64,000 bases of DNA from a virus, in UHGV virus genome UHGV-0098755. One strand, written 5' to 3'. Shown piece by piece: positions 49,258 to 61,800 of this stretch. How positions within the stretch are numbered: the first letter of the stretch is position 1; each line of letters opens with the position of its first letter. The notes under the pieces are model-generated. The model was not told where the DNA came from. It saw nothing but the letters and a program-made list of their open reading frames with translations, and did no database searches. Made by a program: the position numbers and the translations under genes.

Positions 49258-51240
49258 ATGGCAAATACCCCTGTAAATTATCAATTAACAAGAACAGCAA
49301 ATGCTATTCCCGAGATATTCGTCGGGGGTACATTTGCTGAAATAAAACAAAACCTCATTGAATGGCTTAATGGCCAAAATGAATTTTTGGATTATGATTT
49401 TGAAGGCTCAAGATTAAACGTTCTGTGTGACCTTTTGGCTTATAATACGCTGTACATTCAGCAGTTTGGTAATGCTGCTGTGTATGAAAGCTTTATGCGT
49501 ACTGCTAACTTACGAAGTTCAGTTGTTCAAGCTGCGCAAGATAACGGATATTTACCTACTTCAAAATCCGCTGCGCAGACCGAAATTATGTTAACATGCA
49601 CCGACGCATTGAATAGGAATTACATTACTATTCCTCGCGGTACTCGCTTTTTAGCATATGCAAAAGATACTTCTGTTAATCCATATAACTTCGTTTCTAC
49701 CGAAGACGTTATTGCTATTCGTGATAAAAATAACCAATATTTTCCACGTTTAAAATTAGCTCAGGGACGTATAGTAAGAACTGAAATCATTTATGATAAA
49801 TTAACACCTATTATCATTTATGATAAAAATATTGATAGAAACCAGGTTAAATTGTATGTTGATGGAGCGGAATGGATTAACTGGACGAGAAAGTCAATGG
49901 TTCATGCTGGTTCAACATCAACGATTTACTATATGCGTGAAACTATTGATGGAAACACTGAATTTTATTTTGGCGAAGGTGAAATTTCTGTTAATGCTTC
50001 TGAAGGAGCTTTGACCGCTAATTATATCGGAGGTCTTAAACCTACTCAGAACTCTACGATTGTTATTGAGTACATCAGTACTAATGGTGCTGACGCGAAC
50101 GGAGCAGTCGGATTTTCATATGCAGATACATTAACAAATATAACTGTCATCAATATTAATGAAAATCCAAACGATGACCCAGATTTTGTTGGGGCAGATG
50201 GCGGCGGTGATCCAGAAGATATTGAGCGTATTCGCGAATTGGGTACTATTAAACGCGAAACCCAGCAACGCTGCGTAACTGCAACTGACTATGATACATT
50301 CGTTTCAGAAAGATTTGGTTCTATTATTCAAGCAGTTCAAACTTTCACTGATTCTACTAAACCTGGGTATGCATTTATTGCTGCTAAACCTAAATCAGGG
50401 TTGTATTTAACTACTGTACAACGCGAAGATATTAAAAATTATCTCAAAGACTATAATTTAGCTCCTATTACGCCATCAATTATTTCTCCTAATTATCTTT
50501 TTATTAAGACTAATTTAAAAGTCACATATGCTTTAAATAAGCTGCAAGAATCTGAACAGTGGCTTGAAGGTCAAATAATTGATAAAATTGACCGCTATTA
50601 TACTGAAGATGTAGAAATTTTTAACTCATCTTTCGCTAAATCTAAGATGTTGACATATGTAGATGATGCAGATCATTCTATCATTGGTTCATCAGCGACA
50701 ATTCAAATTGTTCGTGAAGTACAAAACTTCTATAAAACGCCTGAAGCAGGTATTAAATACAATAATCAAATAAAAGATCGTTCTATGGAATCTAATACGT
50801 TTTCATTTAATTCTGGACGAAAGGTTGTAAATCCTGATACTGGTTTAGAAGAAGATGTATTATATGACGTTCGTATAGTATCAACAGACCGAGATTCTAA
50901 AGGAATTGGTAAAGTTATTATTGGTCCATTTGCTTCTGGCGATGTTACAGAAAATGAAAACATTCAGCCATATACAGGCAACGATTTTAACAAATTAGCA
51001 AATTCTGATGGACGCGACAAATACTATGTTATCGGTGAAATAAATTATCCAGCTGATGTGATTTACTGGAATATCGCTAAAATTAATTTAACATCTGAAA
51101 AATTTGAAGTTCAGACTATTGAATTATATTCTGACCCAACAGATGATGTTATCTTTACTCGCGATGGTTCACTGATTGTATTTGAAAATGACTTACGTCC
51201 ACAATACTTAACTATCGATTTGGAGCCTATATCACAATGA
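49258..51240 (+). CDS. 6: baseplate wedge protein gp6
   Basis: 660 aa. Confidence 0.92.
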   Translation: MANTPVNYQLTRTANAIPEIFVGGTFAEIKQNLIEWLNGQNEFLDYDFEGSRLNVLCDLLAYNTLYIQQFGNAAVYESFMRTANLRSSVVQAAQDNGYLPTSKSAAQTEIMLTCTDALNRNYITIPRGTRFLAYAKDTSVNPYNFVSTEDVIAIRDKNNQYFPRLKLAQGRIVRTEIIYDKLTPIIIYDKNIDRNQVKLYVDGAEWINWTRKSMVHAGSTSTIYYMRETIDGNTEFYFGEGEISVNASEGALTANYIGGLKPTQNSTIVIEYISTNGADANGAVGFSYADTLTNITVININENPNDDPDFVGADGGGDPEDIERIRELGTIKRETQQRCVTATDYDTFVSERFGSIIQAVQTFTDSTKPGYAFIAAKPKSGLYLTTVQREDIKNYLKDYNLAPITPSIISPNYLFIKTNLKVTYALNKLQESEQWLEGQIIDKIDRYYTEDVEIFNSSFAKSKMLTYVDDADHSIIGSSATIQIVREVQNFYKTPEAGIKYNNQIKDRSMESNTFSFNSGRKVVNPDTGLEEDVLYDVRIVSTDRDSKGIGKVIIGPFASGDVTENENIQPYTGNDFNKLANSDGRDKYYVIGEINYPADVIYWNIAKINLTSEKFEVQTIELYSDPTDDVIFTRDGSLIVFENDLRPQYLTIDLEPISQ

Positions 51241-54200
51241 CAGTAAAAGCACCTTCAGTCACTAGTCTCAGAATTTCCAAGTTATCCGCAAATCAGGTGC
51301 AAGTACGCTGGGATGACGTTGGTGCTAATTTCTACTATTTTGTAGAAATCGCTGAGACAAAAACAGACTCGGGGGAAAATCTCCCGAGTAATCAATACAG
51401 ATGGATTAACTTAGGATATACTGCAAATAACAGCTTCTTTTTTGATGATGCCGACCCATTGACATCATACGTTATTAGAGTAGCTACAGCTGCGCAGGAT
51501 TTTGAGCAGTCTGATTGGATTTATACCGAAGAGTTTGAAACTTTTGCTACAAACGCTTATACATTTCAAAACATGATTGAAATGCAATTAGCTAATAAAT
51601 TCATTCAGGAAAAATTTACTCTTAATAATTCTGATTATGTTAATTTTAATAATGACACTATAATGGCTGCATTGATGAATGAATCATTTCAATTCAGCCC
51701 GTCATATGTTGACGTTTCATCAATAAGTAATTTTATTATTGGTGAAAATGAGTATCATGAAATACAAGGTTCTATTCAGCAAGTATGTAAGGATATTAAC
51801 CGAGTTTATTTGATGGAATCAGAAGGGATTCTATATCTTTTTGAGCGTTATCAACCTGTAGTTAAAGTATCCAATGATAAAGGACAAACCTGGAAAGCGG
51901 TAAAGCTCTTCAATGACCGTGTAGGATATCCTTTATCTAAGACAGTATATTACCAATCTGCGAACACAACATACGTTCTAGGATACGACAAGATTTTCTA
52001 TGGCCGCAAATCTACTGATGTTAGATGGTCAGCTGACGATGTCAGATTTAGTTCGCAGGATATAACATTCGCTAAACTTGGCGACCAATTACATCTAGGA
52101 TTTGATGTAGAAATTTTTGCCACTTACGCAACTTTGCCAGCGAATGTATACCGTATAGCTGAGGCTATTACTTGCACGGATGATTATATCTATGTTGTTG
52201 CCAGAGATAAAGTTAGATACATAAAAACGAGTAATGCACCTATAGATTCTGATCCATTATCTCCGACATATTCGGAAAGACTTTTTGAACCTGATACTAT
52301 GACTATAACCGGAAATCCTAAAGCAGTATGCTATAAAATGGATTCTATCGGTGATAAAGTTTTTGCTCTTATTATTGGTGAAGTTGAAACATTAAATGCT
52401 AATCCTAGAACATCAAAAATAATTGATTCTGTTGATAAAGGAATATATGTTTTAAATCATGACACAAAAACGTGGAAAAGAGTTTTTGGCAACACTGAAG
52501 AAGAAAGAAGACGTATTCAACCAGGGTATGCGAATATGTCAACTGATGGTAAATTAGTTTCTCTATCATCGAGTAATTTTAAATTTTTAAGTGATAATGT
52601 TGTTAATGACCCTGAAACTGCAGCAAAATATCAGTTAATCGGTGCTGTTAAATATGAATTTCCTCGTGAATGGTTAGCTGATAAGCATTATCATATGATG
52701 GCATTTATAGCAGATGAAAAGTCTGATTGGGAAACTTTTACTCCTCAGCCGATGAAATACTACGCTGAACCATTCTTTAACTGGTCTAAAAAATCTAACA
52801 CACGCTGTTGGATAAACAACTCTGATAGGGTTGTAGTAGTTTATGCTGATTTAAAATACACTAAAGTTATAGAAAATATTCCGGAAACATCACCAGATAG
52901 ATTAGTTCATGAATACTGGGATGATGGCGATTGCACTATAGTAATGCCAAATGTTAAATTCACTGGATTTAAAAAATATGCATCTGGGATGCTTTTCTAT
53001 AAAGCCTCTGGTGAAATAATTTCTTACTATGATTTTAACTATCGTGTTAGAGACACTGTCGAAATTATTTGGAAGCCAACTGAAGTATTTTTAAAAGCAT
53101 TTTTACAAAACCAAGAGCATGAAACTCCTTGGTCGCCCGAAGAAGAGCGTGGATTAGCTGACCCTGATTTAAGACCATTGATTGGCACAATGATGCCTGA
53201 TTCTTATTTGTTACAGGATTCGAATTTTGAGGCATTTTGCGAAGCATATATTCAGTATCTTTCTGATGGATATGGAACTCAGTATAACAATTTACGAAAT
53301 TTAATTCGTAACAAATATCCACGAGAAGAGCATGCATGGGAATATTTGTGGTCAGAGATATATAAAAGAAACATTTATTTAAATGCTGATAAACGCGATG
53401 CTGTTGCGAGATTCTTTGAATCACGTAGCTACGATTTTTATTCTACTAAAGGAATTGAAGCATCATACAAGTTTCTTTTTAAAGTTCTTTATAATGAAGA
53501 AGTTGAAATTGAAATTGAATCTGGGGCTGGTACTGAATATGACATAATCGTTCAATCTGATTCTTTGACTGAAGATTTAGTAGGACAAACGATTTATACG
53601 GCAACAGGAAGATGTAATGTTACTTATATAGAAAGAAGCTATTCTAATGGTAAATTGCAATGGACCGTAACTATTCATAATCTTTTGGGAAGATTAATTG
53701 CTGGTCAAGAAGTTAAAGCAGAAAGACTCCCTAGTTTTGAAGGCGAAATTATTCGTGGCGTTAAAGGAAAGGATTTGCTTCAAAACAATATAGACTATAT
53801 TAATAGAAGTAGATCATACTATGTAATGAAAATTAAATCCAATTTACCTTCTTCCCGCTGGAAATCTGACGTTATTCGTTTTGTTCATCCAGTAGGATTT
53901 GGATTTATAGCAATTACACTTTTAACAATGTTTATTAATGTTGGTTTAACTCTTAAACATACAGAGACTATAATTAATAAATACAAAAACTATAAATGGG
54001 ATTCTGGATTGCCTACTGAATACGCTGATAGAGTAGCTAAATTGACTCCAACTGGCGAAATTGAGCATGATTCAGTAACAGGCGAAGCAATTTATGAGCC
54101 TGGCCCAATGGCTGGCGTAAAATATCCTCTTCCTGATGACTATAATGCTGAAAATAATAATTCAATATTTCAAGGTCAATTGCCGTCTGAACGACGTAAA

Positions 54201-54335
54201 TTAATGAGTCCTTTATTTGATGCATCTGGAACAACATTTGCGCAATTTAGAGATTTAGTTAATAAACGTTTAAAAGATAATATAGGAAATCCAAGAGACC
54301 CTGAAAATCCAACACAGGTTAAAATAGATGAATGA
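51237..54335 (+). CDS. 7: baseplate wedge protein gp7
   Basis: 1032 aa. Confidence 0.92.
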   Translation: MTVKAPSVTSLRISKLSANQVQVRWDDVGANFYYFVEIAETKTDSGENLPSNQYRWINLGYTANNSFFFDDADPLTSYVIRVATAAQDFEQSDWIYTEEFETFATNAYTFQNMIEMQLANKFIQEKFTLNNSDYVNFNNDTIMAALMNESFQFSPSYVDVSSISNFIIGENEYHEIQGSIQQVCKDINRVYLMESEGILYLFERYQPVVKVSNDKGQTWKAVKLFNDRVGYPLSKTVYYQSANTTYVLGYDKIFYGRKSTDVRWSADDVRFSSQDITFAKLGDQLHLGFDVEIFATYATLPANVYRIAEAITCTDDYIYVVARDKVRYIKTSNAPIDSDPLSPTYSERLFEPDTMTITGNPKAVCYKMDSIGDKVFALIIGEVETLNANPRTSKIIDSVDKGIYVLNHDTKTWKRVFGNTEEERRRIQPGYANMSTDGKLVSLSSSNFKFLSDNVVNDPETAAKYQLIGAVKYEFPREWLADKHYHMMAFIADEKSDWETFTPQPMKYYAEPFFNWSKKSNTRCWINNSDRVVVVYADLKYTKVIENIPETSPDRLVHEYWDDGDCTIVMPNVKFTGFKKYASGMLFYKASGEIISYYDFNYRVRDTVEIIWKPTEVFLKAFLQNQEHETPWSPEEERGLADPDLRPLIGTMMPDSYLLQDSNFEAFCEAYIQYLSDGYGTQYNNLRNLIRNKYPREEHAWEYLWSEIYKRNIYLNADKRDAVARFFESRSYDFYSTKGIEASYKFLFKVLYNEEVEIEIESGAGTEYDIIVQSDSLTEDLVGQTIYTATGRCNVTYIERSYSNGKLQWTVTIHNLLGRLIAGQEVKAERLPSFEGEIIRGVKGKDLLQNNIDYINRSRSYYVMKIKSNLPSSRWKSDVIRFVHPVGFGFIAITLLTMFINVGLTLKHTETIINKYKNYKWDSGLPTEYADRVAKLTPTGEIEHDSVTGEAIYEPGPMAGVKYPLPDDYNAENNNSIFQGQLPSERRKLMSPLFDASGTTFAQFRDLVNKRLKDNIGNPRDPENPTQVKIDE

Positions 54336-55332
54336 TTCAAGTGTTATCTATCGTGCGATAGTTACTTCAAAATTTAGAACAGAAAAAATGTTGAATTTTT
54401 ATAATTCAATTGGAAGTGGTCCGGATAAAAACACTATCTTTATCACATTTGGAAGATCAGAACCATGGTCATCAAATGAAAATGAGGTGGGATTTGCCCC
54501 ACCTTATCCCACCGATTCTGTATTAGGTGTAACTGACATGTGGACTCATATGATGGGAACCGTGAAGGTTCTTCCATCTATGCTTGATGCAGTTATTCCT
54601 CGTCGAGATTGGGGAGATACTAGATATCCGGATCCATACACATTTAGAATTAACGATATTGTAGTATGTAACTCAGCTCCTTACAATGCTACCGAATCAG
54701 GCGCAGGCTGGTTAGTATATCGATGTTTAGATGTTCCTGATACCGGAATGTGTTCAATAGCATCTTTAACTGATAAAGATGAATGCCTTAAGTTAGGTGG
54801 AAAATGGACTCCTTCCGCTAGGTCAATGACTCCTCCTGAAGGTCGAGGAGACGCGGAAGGAACAATTGAACCTGGAGACGGATATGTTTGGGAATATCTT
54901 TTTGAGATTCCGCCTGATGTATCTATAAATAGATGTACGAATGAATATATCGTGGTTCCTTGGCCTGAGGAATTAAAAGAAGACCCGACTAGATGGGGAT
55001 ATGAAGATAATCTCACATGGCAGCAAGATGATTTTGGATTAATTTACCGGGTTAAGGCAAATACTATTCGTTTTAAAGCATATTTAGATTCAGTTTATTT
55101 TCCTGAAGCTGCATTGCCGGGAAATAAAGGATTTAGACAAATATCAATAATCACGAATCCTCTTGAAGCTAAAGCTCATCCAAATGACCCAAACGTTAAA
55201 GCTGAAAAGGATTATTATGATCCAGAAGATTTAATGAGGCATTCGGGCGAAATGATTTATATGGAAAATAGGCCACCTATTATCATGGCAATGGATCAAA
55301 CAGAAGAAATCAATATTCTGTTTACATTTTAA
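54328..55332 (+). CDS. 8: baseplate wedge protein gp8
   Basis: 334 aa; followed by terminator hairpin. Confidence 0.92.
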   Translation: MNDSSVIYRAIVTSKFRTEKMLNFYNSIGSGPDKNTIFITFGRSEPWSSNENEVGFAPPYPTDSVLGVTDMWTHMMGTVKVLPSMLDAVIPRRDWGDTRYPDPYTFRINDIVVCNSAPYNATESGAGWLVYRCLDVPDTGMCSIASLTDKDECLKLGGKWTPSARSMTPPEGRGDAEGTIEPGDGYVWEYLFEIPPDVSINRCTNEYIVVPWPEELKEDPTRWGYEDNLTWQQDDFGLIYRVKANTIRFKAYLDSVYFPEAALPGNKGFRQISIITNPLEAKAHPNDPNVKAEKDYYDPEDLMRHSGEMIYMENRPPIIMAMDQTEEINILFTF

Positions 55333-55335
55333 CTT

Positions 55336-55361
55336 AAGGGAGCCCATGGGCTCCCTTTTTC
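55336..55361 (+). terminator. intrinsic terminator after gene 8
   Basis: GGGAGCC-CATG-GGCTCCC hairpin then TTTTTCTTT. Confidence 0.6.
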
Positions 55362-55363
55362 TT

Positions 55364-55371
55364 TATAAATA
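55364..55371 (+). promoter_or_regulatory. T4 late promoter (TATAAATA) for gene 9
   Basis: Exact TATAAATA after the gp8 terminator, about 25 nt upstream of gene 9. Confidence 0.7.
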
Positions 55372-55395
55372 CTATAAACTCATAAGGAAACCGCT

Positions 55396-56262
55396 ATGTT
55401 CATTCAAGAACCAAAGAAATTGATTGATACCGGCGAAATTGGTAACGCTTCTACTGGTGATATCTTATTCGACGGTGGTAATAAAATTAATAGTGATTTT
55501 AACGCAATTTATAATGCGTTTGGCGATCAACGTAAAATGGCAGTAGCAAATGGCACTGGAGCGGATGGTCAAATTATCCATGCTACTGGATATTATCAAA
55601 AACACTCTATTGCAGAGTACGCAACTCCAGTAAAAGTTGGCACTAGACATGATATTGATACCTCTACTGTGGGTGTTAAAGTTATCATTGAAAGAGGCGA
55701 ACTTGGCGACTGCGTTGAATTTATTAACTCAAATGGATCAATATCAGTTACTAATCCTTTAACGATTCAAGCTATTGATTCAATTAAAGGCGTTTCAGGT
55801 AATTTGGTAGTAACTAGCCCATATAGTAAAGTAACTTTACGCTGTATTTCATCTGATAATTCTACATCGGTTTGGAATTATTCTATTGAAAGTATGTTTG
55901 GACAAAAGGAATCACCAGCTGAAGGTACATGGAATATTTCTACATCCGGATCAGTTGATATTCCACTATTTCATCGTACTGAATATAACATGGCTAAATT
56001 GTTAGTTACATGTCAATCGGTAGATGGAAGAAAAATTAAAACGGCAGAAATAAATATTCTTGTGGATACTGTTAATTCAGCTGTCATTTCTTCTGAATAT
56101 GCTGTCATGCGAGTTGGGAATGAAACCGAAGAAGACGAAATCGCTAATATTACATTTAGTATTAAAGAAAATTATGTAACGGCGACTATAAGTTCTTCAA
56201 CTGTCGGTATGAGAGCAGCAGTTAAAGTTATCGCTACGCAGAAAATCGGGGTGGCTCAATAA
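55396..56262 (+). CDS. 9: baseplate protein gp9 (long tail fibre socket)
   Basis: 288 aa; late promoter upstream. Confidence 0.92.
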   Translation: MFIQEPKKLIDTGEIGNASTGDILFDGGNKINSDFNAIYNAFGDQRKMAVANGTGADGQIIHATGYYQKHSIAEYATPVKVGTRHDIDTSTVGVKVIIERGELGDCVEFINSNGSISVTNPLTIQAIDSIKGVSGNLVVTSPYSKVTLRCISSDNSTSVWNYSIESMFGQKESPAEGTWNISTSGSVDIPLFHRTEYNMAKLLVTCQSVDGRKIKTAEINILVDTVNSAVISSEYAVMRVGNETEEDEIANITFSIKENYVTATISSSTVGMRAAVKVIATQKIGVAQ

Positions 56263-58070
56263 TGAAACAAAATATTAATATCGGTAATGTTGTAGATGAT
56301 GGTACCGGTGACTACCTGCGTAAAGGTGGTATAAAAATAAATGAAAACTTTGATGAGCTTTATTACGAGCTCGGTGATGGAGACGTTCCATATTCAGCTG
56401 GTGCCTGGAAAACTTATGATGCTTCATCTGGCCAAACACTAAAAGCTGAGTGGGGAAAATCATACGCTATTAATACCTCTTCTGGAAGAGTGACTATAAA
56501 TCTTCCAAAAGGAACTGTCAATGATTACAACAAGGTAATTAGAGCTAGAGACGTATTTGCTACATGGAACGTTAATCCAGTTACACTAGTAGCTGCTTCC
56601 GGTGATACGATTAAAGGGTCTGCAGTACCAGTTGAAATTAATGTTCAATTCAGCGATTTAGAACTAGTGTATTGTGCCCCAGGACGTTGGGAATATGTCA
56701 AAAATAAACAAATTGACAAAATTACCAGTTCAGACATTAGTAATGTAGCTCGCAAAGAATTTTTAGTTGAAGTTCAAGGACAAACGGACTTTTTAGATGT
56801 TTTCCGTGGAACTAGTTATAATGTAAATAACATCAGAGTAAAACATCGCGGTAACGAATTGTATTACGGTGATGTGTTTAGCGAAAACAGCGATTTTGGC
56901 TCTCCGGGCGAAAATGAAGGAGAACTAGTTCCTCTTGATGGATTTAATATTCGATTAAGACAGCCTTGTAATATTGGTGACACTGTTCAAATTGAAACAT
57001 TTATGGATGGTGTATCGCAGTGGAGAAGTTCATATACAAGACGTCAAATTAGATTGTTAGATTCAAAATTAACGTCAAAAACTTCTTTAGAAGGAAGCAT
57101 TTACGTTACTGATTTATCAACAATGAAATCAATTCCATTTTCTGCTTTTGGATTAATTCCAGGAGAACCTATTAATCCTAACTCTCTTGAGGTTCGTTTT
57201 AACGGGATTTTGCAGGAATTGGCTGGCACAGTTGGAATGCCATTATTTCATTGTGTTGGTGCCGATTCAGACGATGAAGTAGAATGTTCTGTTTTAGGTG
57301 GAACTTGGGAACAATCTCATACCGATTATTCAATTGAAACTGATGAAAACGGCATACCGGAAATTTTACATTTCGATAGAGTATTTGAGCATGGTGACAT
57401 TATCAATATCACCTGGTTTAATAATGATTTGGGTACATTATTAACAAAAGACGAGATTATTGATGAAACTGACAATCTCTATGTATCGCAAGGGCCGGGA
57501 GTAGATATTTCTGGTGATGTAAATTTAACAGACTTCGATAAAATTGGTTGGCCAAATGTAGAAGCAGTTCAATCCTATCAACGTGAATTTAATGCTGTTT
57601 CAAATATCTTTGATACGATTTATCCTATTGGAACTATATATGAAAACGCTGTTAATCCAAACAACCCTGTTACATATATGGGATTCGGCTCATGGAAATT
57701 ATTTGGGCAAGGAAAAGTTTTAGTTGGATGGAATGAAGATATTTCGGACCCTAACTTTGCTCTAAATAACAACGATTTAGATTCGGGCGGAAATCCTTCA
57801 CATACTGCAGGCGGAACAGGTGGTTCTACTTCTGTTACATTGGAAAATGCTAATCTTCCTGCAACTGAGACAGATGAAGAAGTTCTAATAGTTGATGAAA
57901 ATGGATCAGTCATTGTTGGTGGGTGTCAATACGATCCAGATGAATCCGGTCCAGTTTACACTAAATACCGTGAAGCTAAAGCATCTACTAACTCTACTCA
58001 CACTCCGCCAACATCAATAACTAACATTCAACCATATATTACAGTTTATCGTTGGATAAGGATTGCATAA
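56262..58070 (+). CDS. 10: baseplate wedge protein gp10
   Basis: 602 aa. Confidence 0.92.
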   Translation: MKQNINIGNVVDDGTGDYLRKGGIKINENFDELYYELGDGDVPYSAGAWKTYDASSGQTLKAEWGKSYAINTSSGRVTINLPKGTVNDYNKVIRARDVFATWNVNPVTLVAASGDTIKGSAVPVEINVQFSDLELVYCAPGRWEYVKNKQIDKITSSDISNVARKEFLVEVQGQTDFLDVFRGTSYNVNNIRVKHRGNELYYGDVFSENSDFGSPGENEGELVPLDGFNIRLRQPCNIGDTVQIETFMDGVSQWRSSYTRRQIRLLDSKLTSKTSLEGSIYVTDLSTMKSIPFSAFGLIPGEPINPNSLEVRFNGILQELAGTVGMPLFHCVGADSDDEVECSVLGGTWEQSHTDYSIETDENGIPEILHFDRVFEHGDIINITWFNNDLGTLLTKDEIIDETDNLYVSQGPGVDISGDVNLTDFDKIGWPNVEAVQSYQREFNAVSNIFDTIYPIGTIYENAVNPNNPVTYMGFGSWKLFGQGKVLVGWNEDISDPNFALNNNDLDSGGNPSHTAGGTGGSTSVTLENANLPATETDEEVLIVDENGSVIVGGCQYDPDESGPVYTKYREAKASTNSTHTPPTSITNIQPYITVYRWIRIA

Positions 58071-58729
58071 TGAGTTTACTTAATAATAAAGCGGGAGTTA
58101 TTTCCCGCTTAGCCGATTTTCTTGGTTTTAGACCTAAAACTGGCGACATCGATGTAATGAATCGTCAATCAGTTGGGTCAGTGACAATTTCTCAATTAGC
58201 GAAAGGATTTTATGAACCAAACGTAGAATCAGCTATTAATGATGTTCATAATTTTTCTATAAAAGACGTTGGTACAATTATTACTAATAAAACTGGTGTT
58301 TCTCCTGAGGGTGTTTCTCAAACTGATTATTGGGCATTTTCGGGAACTGTGACGGATGATTCGCTTCCTCCTGGTTCTCCTGTTACTGTATTAGTATTTG
58401 GTCTTCCAGTTTCAGCAACAACTGGAATGACGGCTATTGAGTTTGTCGCCAAAGTTTGTGTTGCTCTGCAAGAAGCTATTGCGTCATTTACTGCTATCAA
58501 TTCATATAAAGACCATCCAACCGATGGTAGTAAATTAGAAGTTACTTATTTAGATAATCAAAAACACGTATTAAGCACATATTCTACATATGGAATAACT
58601 ATTTCCCAAGAAATTATTTCCGAATCTAAGCCTGGATATGGCACATGGAATTTGCTTGGTGCACAAACTGTAACTTTAGATAATCAGCAAACTCCAATAG
58701 TACTTTATCATTTTGAGAGAACAGCATGA
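58070..58729 (+). CDS. 11: baseplate wedge protein gp11
   Basis: Track ORF starts at a TTG (58052); true ATG ([14 protein letters not shown]...) overlaps the gp10 stop, giving 219 aa. Confidence 0.92.
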   Translation: MSLLNNKAGVISRLADFLGFRPKTGDIDVMNRQSVGSVTISQLAKGFYEPNVESAINDVHNFSIKDVGTIITNKTGVSPEGVSQTDYWAFSGTVTDDSLPPGSPVTVLVFGLPVSATTGMTAIEFVAKVCVALQEAIASFTAINSYKDHPTDGSKLEVTYLDNQKHVLSTYSTYGITISQEIISESKPGYGTWNLLGAQTVTLDNQQTPIVLYHFERTA

Positions 58730-60309
58730 GTAATAATACATACCAACACGTTTCTAATGAATCTCGCTATGTAAAATTTGATCCAACTGGCACAAATTTT
58801 CCAGCAGAGATTACTGATGTTCAGGCTGCTATAGCAGCCATTTCTCCTGCTGGTGTAAATGGAGTTCCTGATGCATCATCAACAACAAAAGGAATTTTAT
58901 TTCTTGCCACTGAACAGGAAGTTATCGATGGAACTGATAATACCAAAGCAGTTACACCAGCAACGTTGGCAACAAGATTATCTTATCCAAACGCAACTGA
59001 AACTGTTTACGGATTAACAAGATATTCAACCAATGACGAAGCAATTGCGGGAGTTAATAATGAATCTTCTATAACTCCTGCTAAATTTACTGTTGCCCTT
59101 AATAATGCCTTTGAAACTCGTGTTTCAACTGAATCAAAGAATGGAGTTATTAAAATTTCGTCATTGCCGCAAGCATTGGCAGGTGCTGATGATACTACTG
59201 CAATGACTCCATTAAAAACACAACAGTTAGCTATTAAATTAATTGCACAAATTGCTCCTTCTGAAACCACAGCTACCGAATCGGCCCAAGGTGTTGTTCA
59301 ATTAGCGACAGTAGCTCAAGTTCGTCAAGGAACTTTAAGAGAAGGCTATGCAATTTCTCCTTATACGTTTATGAATTCTACTGCTACCGAAGAATATAAG
59401 GGTGTAATTAAATTAGGAACGCAATCAGAAGTTAACTCAAATAATGCTTCTGTTGCGGTTACTGGCGCAACTCTTAATGGTCGTGGTTCTACAACGTCAA
59501 TGAGAGGCGTAGTTAAATTAACTACAACCGCCGGTTCACAGAGCGGAGGTGATGCTTCATCAGCACTAGCTTGGAATGCTGACGTTATCCACCAAAGAGG
59601 TGGTCAAACGATTAATGGAACACTTCGTATTAATAATACGCTTACAATAGCTTCAGGCGGAGCAAATATTACCGGAACAGTTAACATGACCGGTGGTTAT
59701 ATTCAAGGTAAGCGTGTTGTAACGCAGAATGAAATAGATAGAACTATTCCTGTCGGAGCTATTATGATGTGGGCGGCAGATAGTCTTCCTAGTGATGCTT
59801 GGCGCTTCTGTCATGGCGGAACTGTTTCTGCGTCAGATTGCCCATTATATGCTTCTAGAATTGGAACAAGATACGGCGGAAGCTCATCAAATCCTGGATT
59901 ACCTGATATGCGTGGTCTTTTTGTTCGTGGCTCTGGTCGTGGCTCTCACTTAACAAATCCAAACGTTAATGGTAATGACCAATTTGGTAAGCCTAGATTA
60001 GGTGTAGGTTGTACCGGTGGATATGTTGGTGAAGTACAAAAACAGCAGATGTCTTATCATAAACATGCTGGTGGATTTGGTGAGCATGATGATTCTGGGG
60101 CATTCGGTAATACCCGTAGATCAAATTTTGTTGGTACACGTAAAGGACTTGACTGGGATAACCGTTCATACTTCACCAATGACGGATATGAAATTGACCC
60201 AGAATCGCAGCGTAATTCCAAATATACGTTAAATCGCCCTGAATTAATTGGAAATGAAACACGTCCATGGAACATTTCTTTAAACTACATAATTAAGGTA
60301 AAAGAATGA
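58726..60309 (+). CDS. 12: short tail fibre gp12
   Basis: 527 aa. Confidence 0.92.
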   Translation: MSNNTYQHVSNESRYVKFDPTGTNFPAEITDVQAAIAAISPAGVNGVPDASSTTKGILFLATEQEVIDGTDNTKAVTPATLATRLSYPNATETVYGLTRYSTNDEAIAGVNNESSITPAKFTVALNNAFETRVSTESKNGVIKISSLPQALAGADDTTAMTPLKTQQLAIKLIAQIAPSETTATESAQGVVQLATVAQVRQGTLREGYAISPYTFMNSTATEEYKGVIKLGTQSEVNSNNASVAVTGATLNGRGSTTSMRGVVKLTTTAGSQSGGDASSALAWNADVIHQRGGQTINGTLRINNTLTIASGGANITGTVNMTGGYIQGKRVVTQNEIDRTIPVGAIMMWAADSLPSDAWRFCHGGTVSASDCPLYASRIGTRYGGSSSNPGLPDMRGLFVRGSGRGSHLTNPNVNGNDQFGKPRLGVGCTGGYVGEVQKQQMSYHKHAGGFGEHDDSGAFGNTRRSNFVGTRKGLDWDNRSYFTNDGYEIDPESQRNSKYTLNRPELIGNETRPWNISLNYIIKVKE

Positions 60310-61769
60310 CAGATATTGTACTGAATGACTTACCATTCGTTGACGGCCCTCCTGCAGAGGGCCAGAGCCGCATTTCCTGGATTAAAAACGGCGAAGAAAT
60401 ATTAGGAGCTGACACACAGTATGGAAGCGAAGGTTCAATGAATAGACCTACAGTTTCTGTACTAAGAAATGTCGAAGTTCTCGATAAAAACATTGGAATA
60501 CTTAAAACATCTTTAGAAACCGCAAATAGTGATATTAAAACAATTCAGGGCATCTTAGATGTATCTGGTGATATTGAAGCTTTGGCCCAAATAGGTATCA
60601 ATAAAAAGGATATTTCTGACCTCAAAACGCTAACCAGTGAACATACAGAAATATTAAATGGAACTAATAGTACGGTTGACAGTATTCTTGCTGATATTGG
60701 TCCATTTAACTCCGAGGCCAACTCTGTATACAGAACGATCAGAAATGATTTACTGTGGATAAAGCGTGAACTTGGACAATACGCAGGTCAAGATATTAAT
60801 GGTCTTCCTGTTGTAGGAAATCCTAGTAGTGGAATGAAGCATCGCATTATTAATAATACTGATGCCATTACTTCACAGGGAATACGTTTAAGCGAATTAG
60901 AAACAAAATTTATTGAATCTGATGTAGGTTCTTTGACTATTGAAGTTGGTAATCTTCGCGAAGAGCTTGGACCAAAACCACCATCGTTTTCACAAACCGT
61001 TTACAGTCGCTTAAATGAAATTGACACTAAACAGACAACAGTTGAGTCTGACATTAGTGCTATTAAGACGTCAATAGGATATCCAGGAAATACTTCGATT
61101 ATCACGAATGTTAATACAAACACTGATAATATTGCATCTATTAATTTAGAGCTAAATCAAAGTGGAGGTATTAAACAACGTTTAACTGTTATTGAAACTT
61201 CTATTGGTTCAGATGATATTCCTTCGAGTATTAAAGGCCAAATCAAAGATAATACAACTTCAATCGAAGCTCTAAATGGAATCGTCGGTGAAAACACTTC
61301 ATCTGGTTTAAGAGCGAATGTTTCATGGTTAAACCAAATTGTTGGAACTGATTCTAGCGGTGGACAACCTTCTCCTCCTGGGTCTCTTTTAAACCGAGTT
61401 TCTACAATTGAAACTTCTGTTTCAAGCTTGAACAACGATGTTCAAAACCTACAAGTAGAGATTGGTAATAACAGCGCAGGAATTAAAGGGCAAGTTGTAG
61501 CGTTAAATACTTTAGTAAATGGAACTAATCCAAATGGTTCAACTGTCGAAGAACGTGGATTAACCAATTCAATAAAAGCTAACGAAACCAACATTGCATC
61601 AGTTACACAAGAAGTGAATACAGCCAAAGGCAGTATATCTTCTCTGCAAGGTGATGTCCAAGCTCTACAAGAAGCAGGTTATATTCCTGAAGCTCCGAAA
61701 GATGGTCAAGCTTACGTTCGTAAAGACGGCGAATGGGTATTACTTTCTACCTTTTTATCACCAGCATAA
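60306..61769 (+). CDS. wac: fibritin (whisker) Wac
   Basis: 487 aa; long coiled coil; C-terminal foldon [27 protein letters not shown]. Confidence 0.95.
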   Translation: MTDIVLNDLPFVDGPPAEGQSRISWIKNGEEILGADTQYGSEGSMNRPTVSVLRNVEVLDKNIGILKTSLETANSDIKTIQGILDVSGDIEALAQIGINKKDISDLKTLTSEHTEILNGTNSTVDSILADIGPFNSEANSVYRTIRNDLLWIKRELGQYAGQDINGLPVVGNPSSGMKHRIINNTDAITSQGIRLSELETKFIESDVGSLTIEVGNLREELGPKPPSFSQTVYSRLNEIDTKQTTVESDISAIKTSIGYPGNTSIITNVNTNTDNIASINLELNQSGGIKQRLTVIETSIGSDDIPSSIKGQIKDNTTSIEALNGIVGENTSSGLRANVSWLNQIVGTDSSGGQPSPPGSLLNRVSTIETSVSSLNNDVQNLQVEIGNNSAGIKGQVVALNTLVNGTNPNGSTVEERGLTNSIKANETNIASVTQEVNTAKGSISSLQGDVQALQEAGYIPEAPKDGQAYVRKDGEWVLLSTFLSPA

Positions 61770-61772
61770 CAT

Positions 61773-61788
61773 GGGGCCGCAAGGCCCC
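61773..61788 (+). other. GC-rich stem-loop after wac (no U-tract)
   Basis: GGGGCC-GCAA-GGCCCC; no T-run, so likely an RNA stability/processing element. Confidence 0.3.
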
Positions 61789-61800
61789 AAAGGATTTTAA

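Noticed and set aside
58052-58069. Track start of gp11 at a TTG codon ([10 protein letters not shown]...)
   Set aside because: The ATG six codons downstream overlaps the gp10 stop and gives the 219 aa product recalled for T4 gp11; the track evidently allows non-ATG starts.
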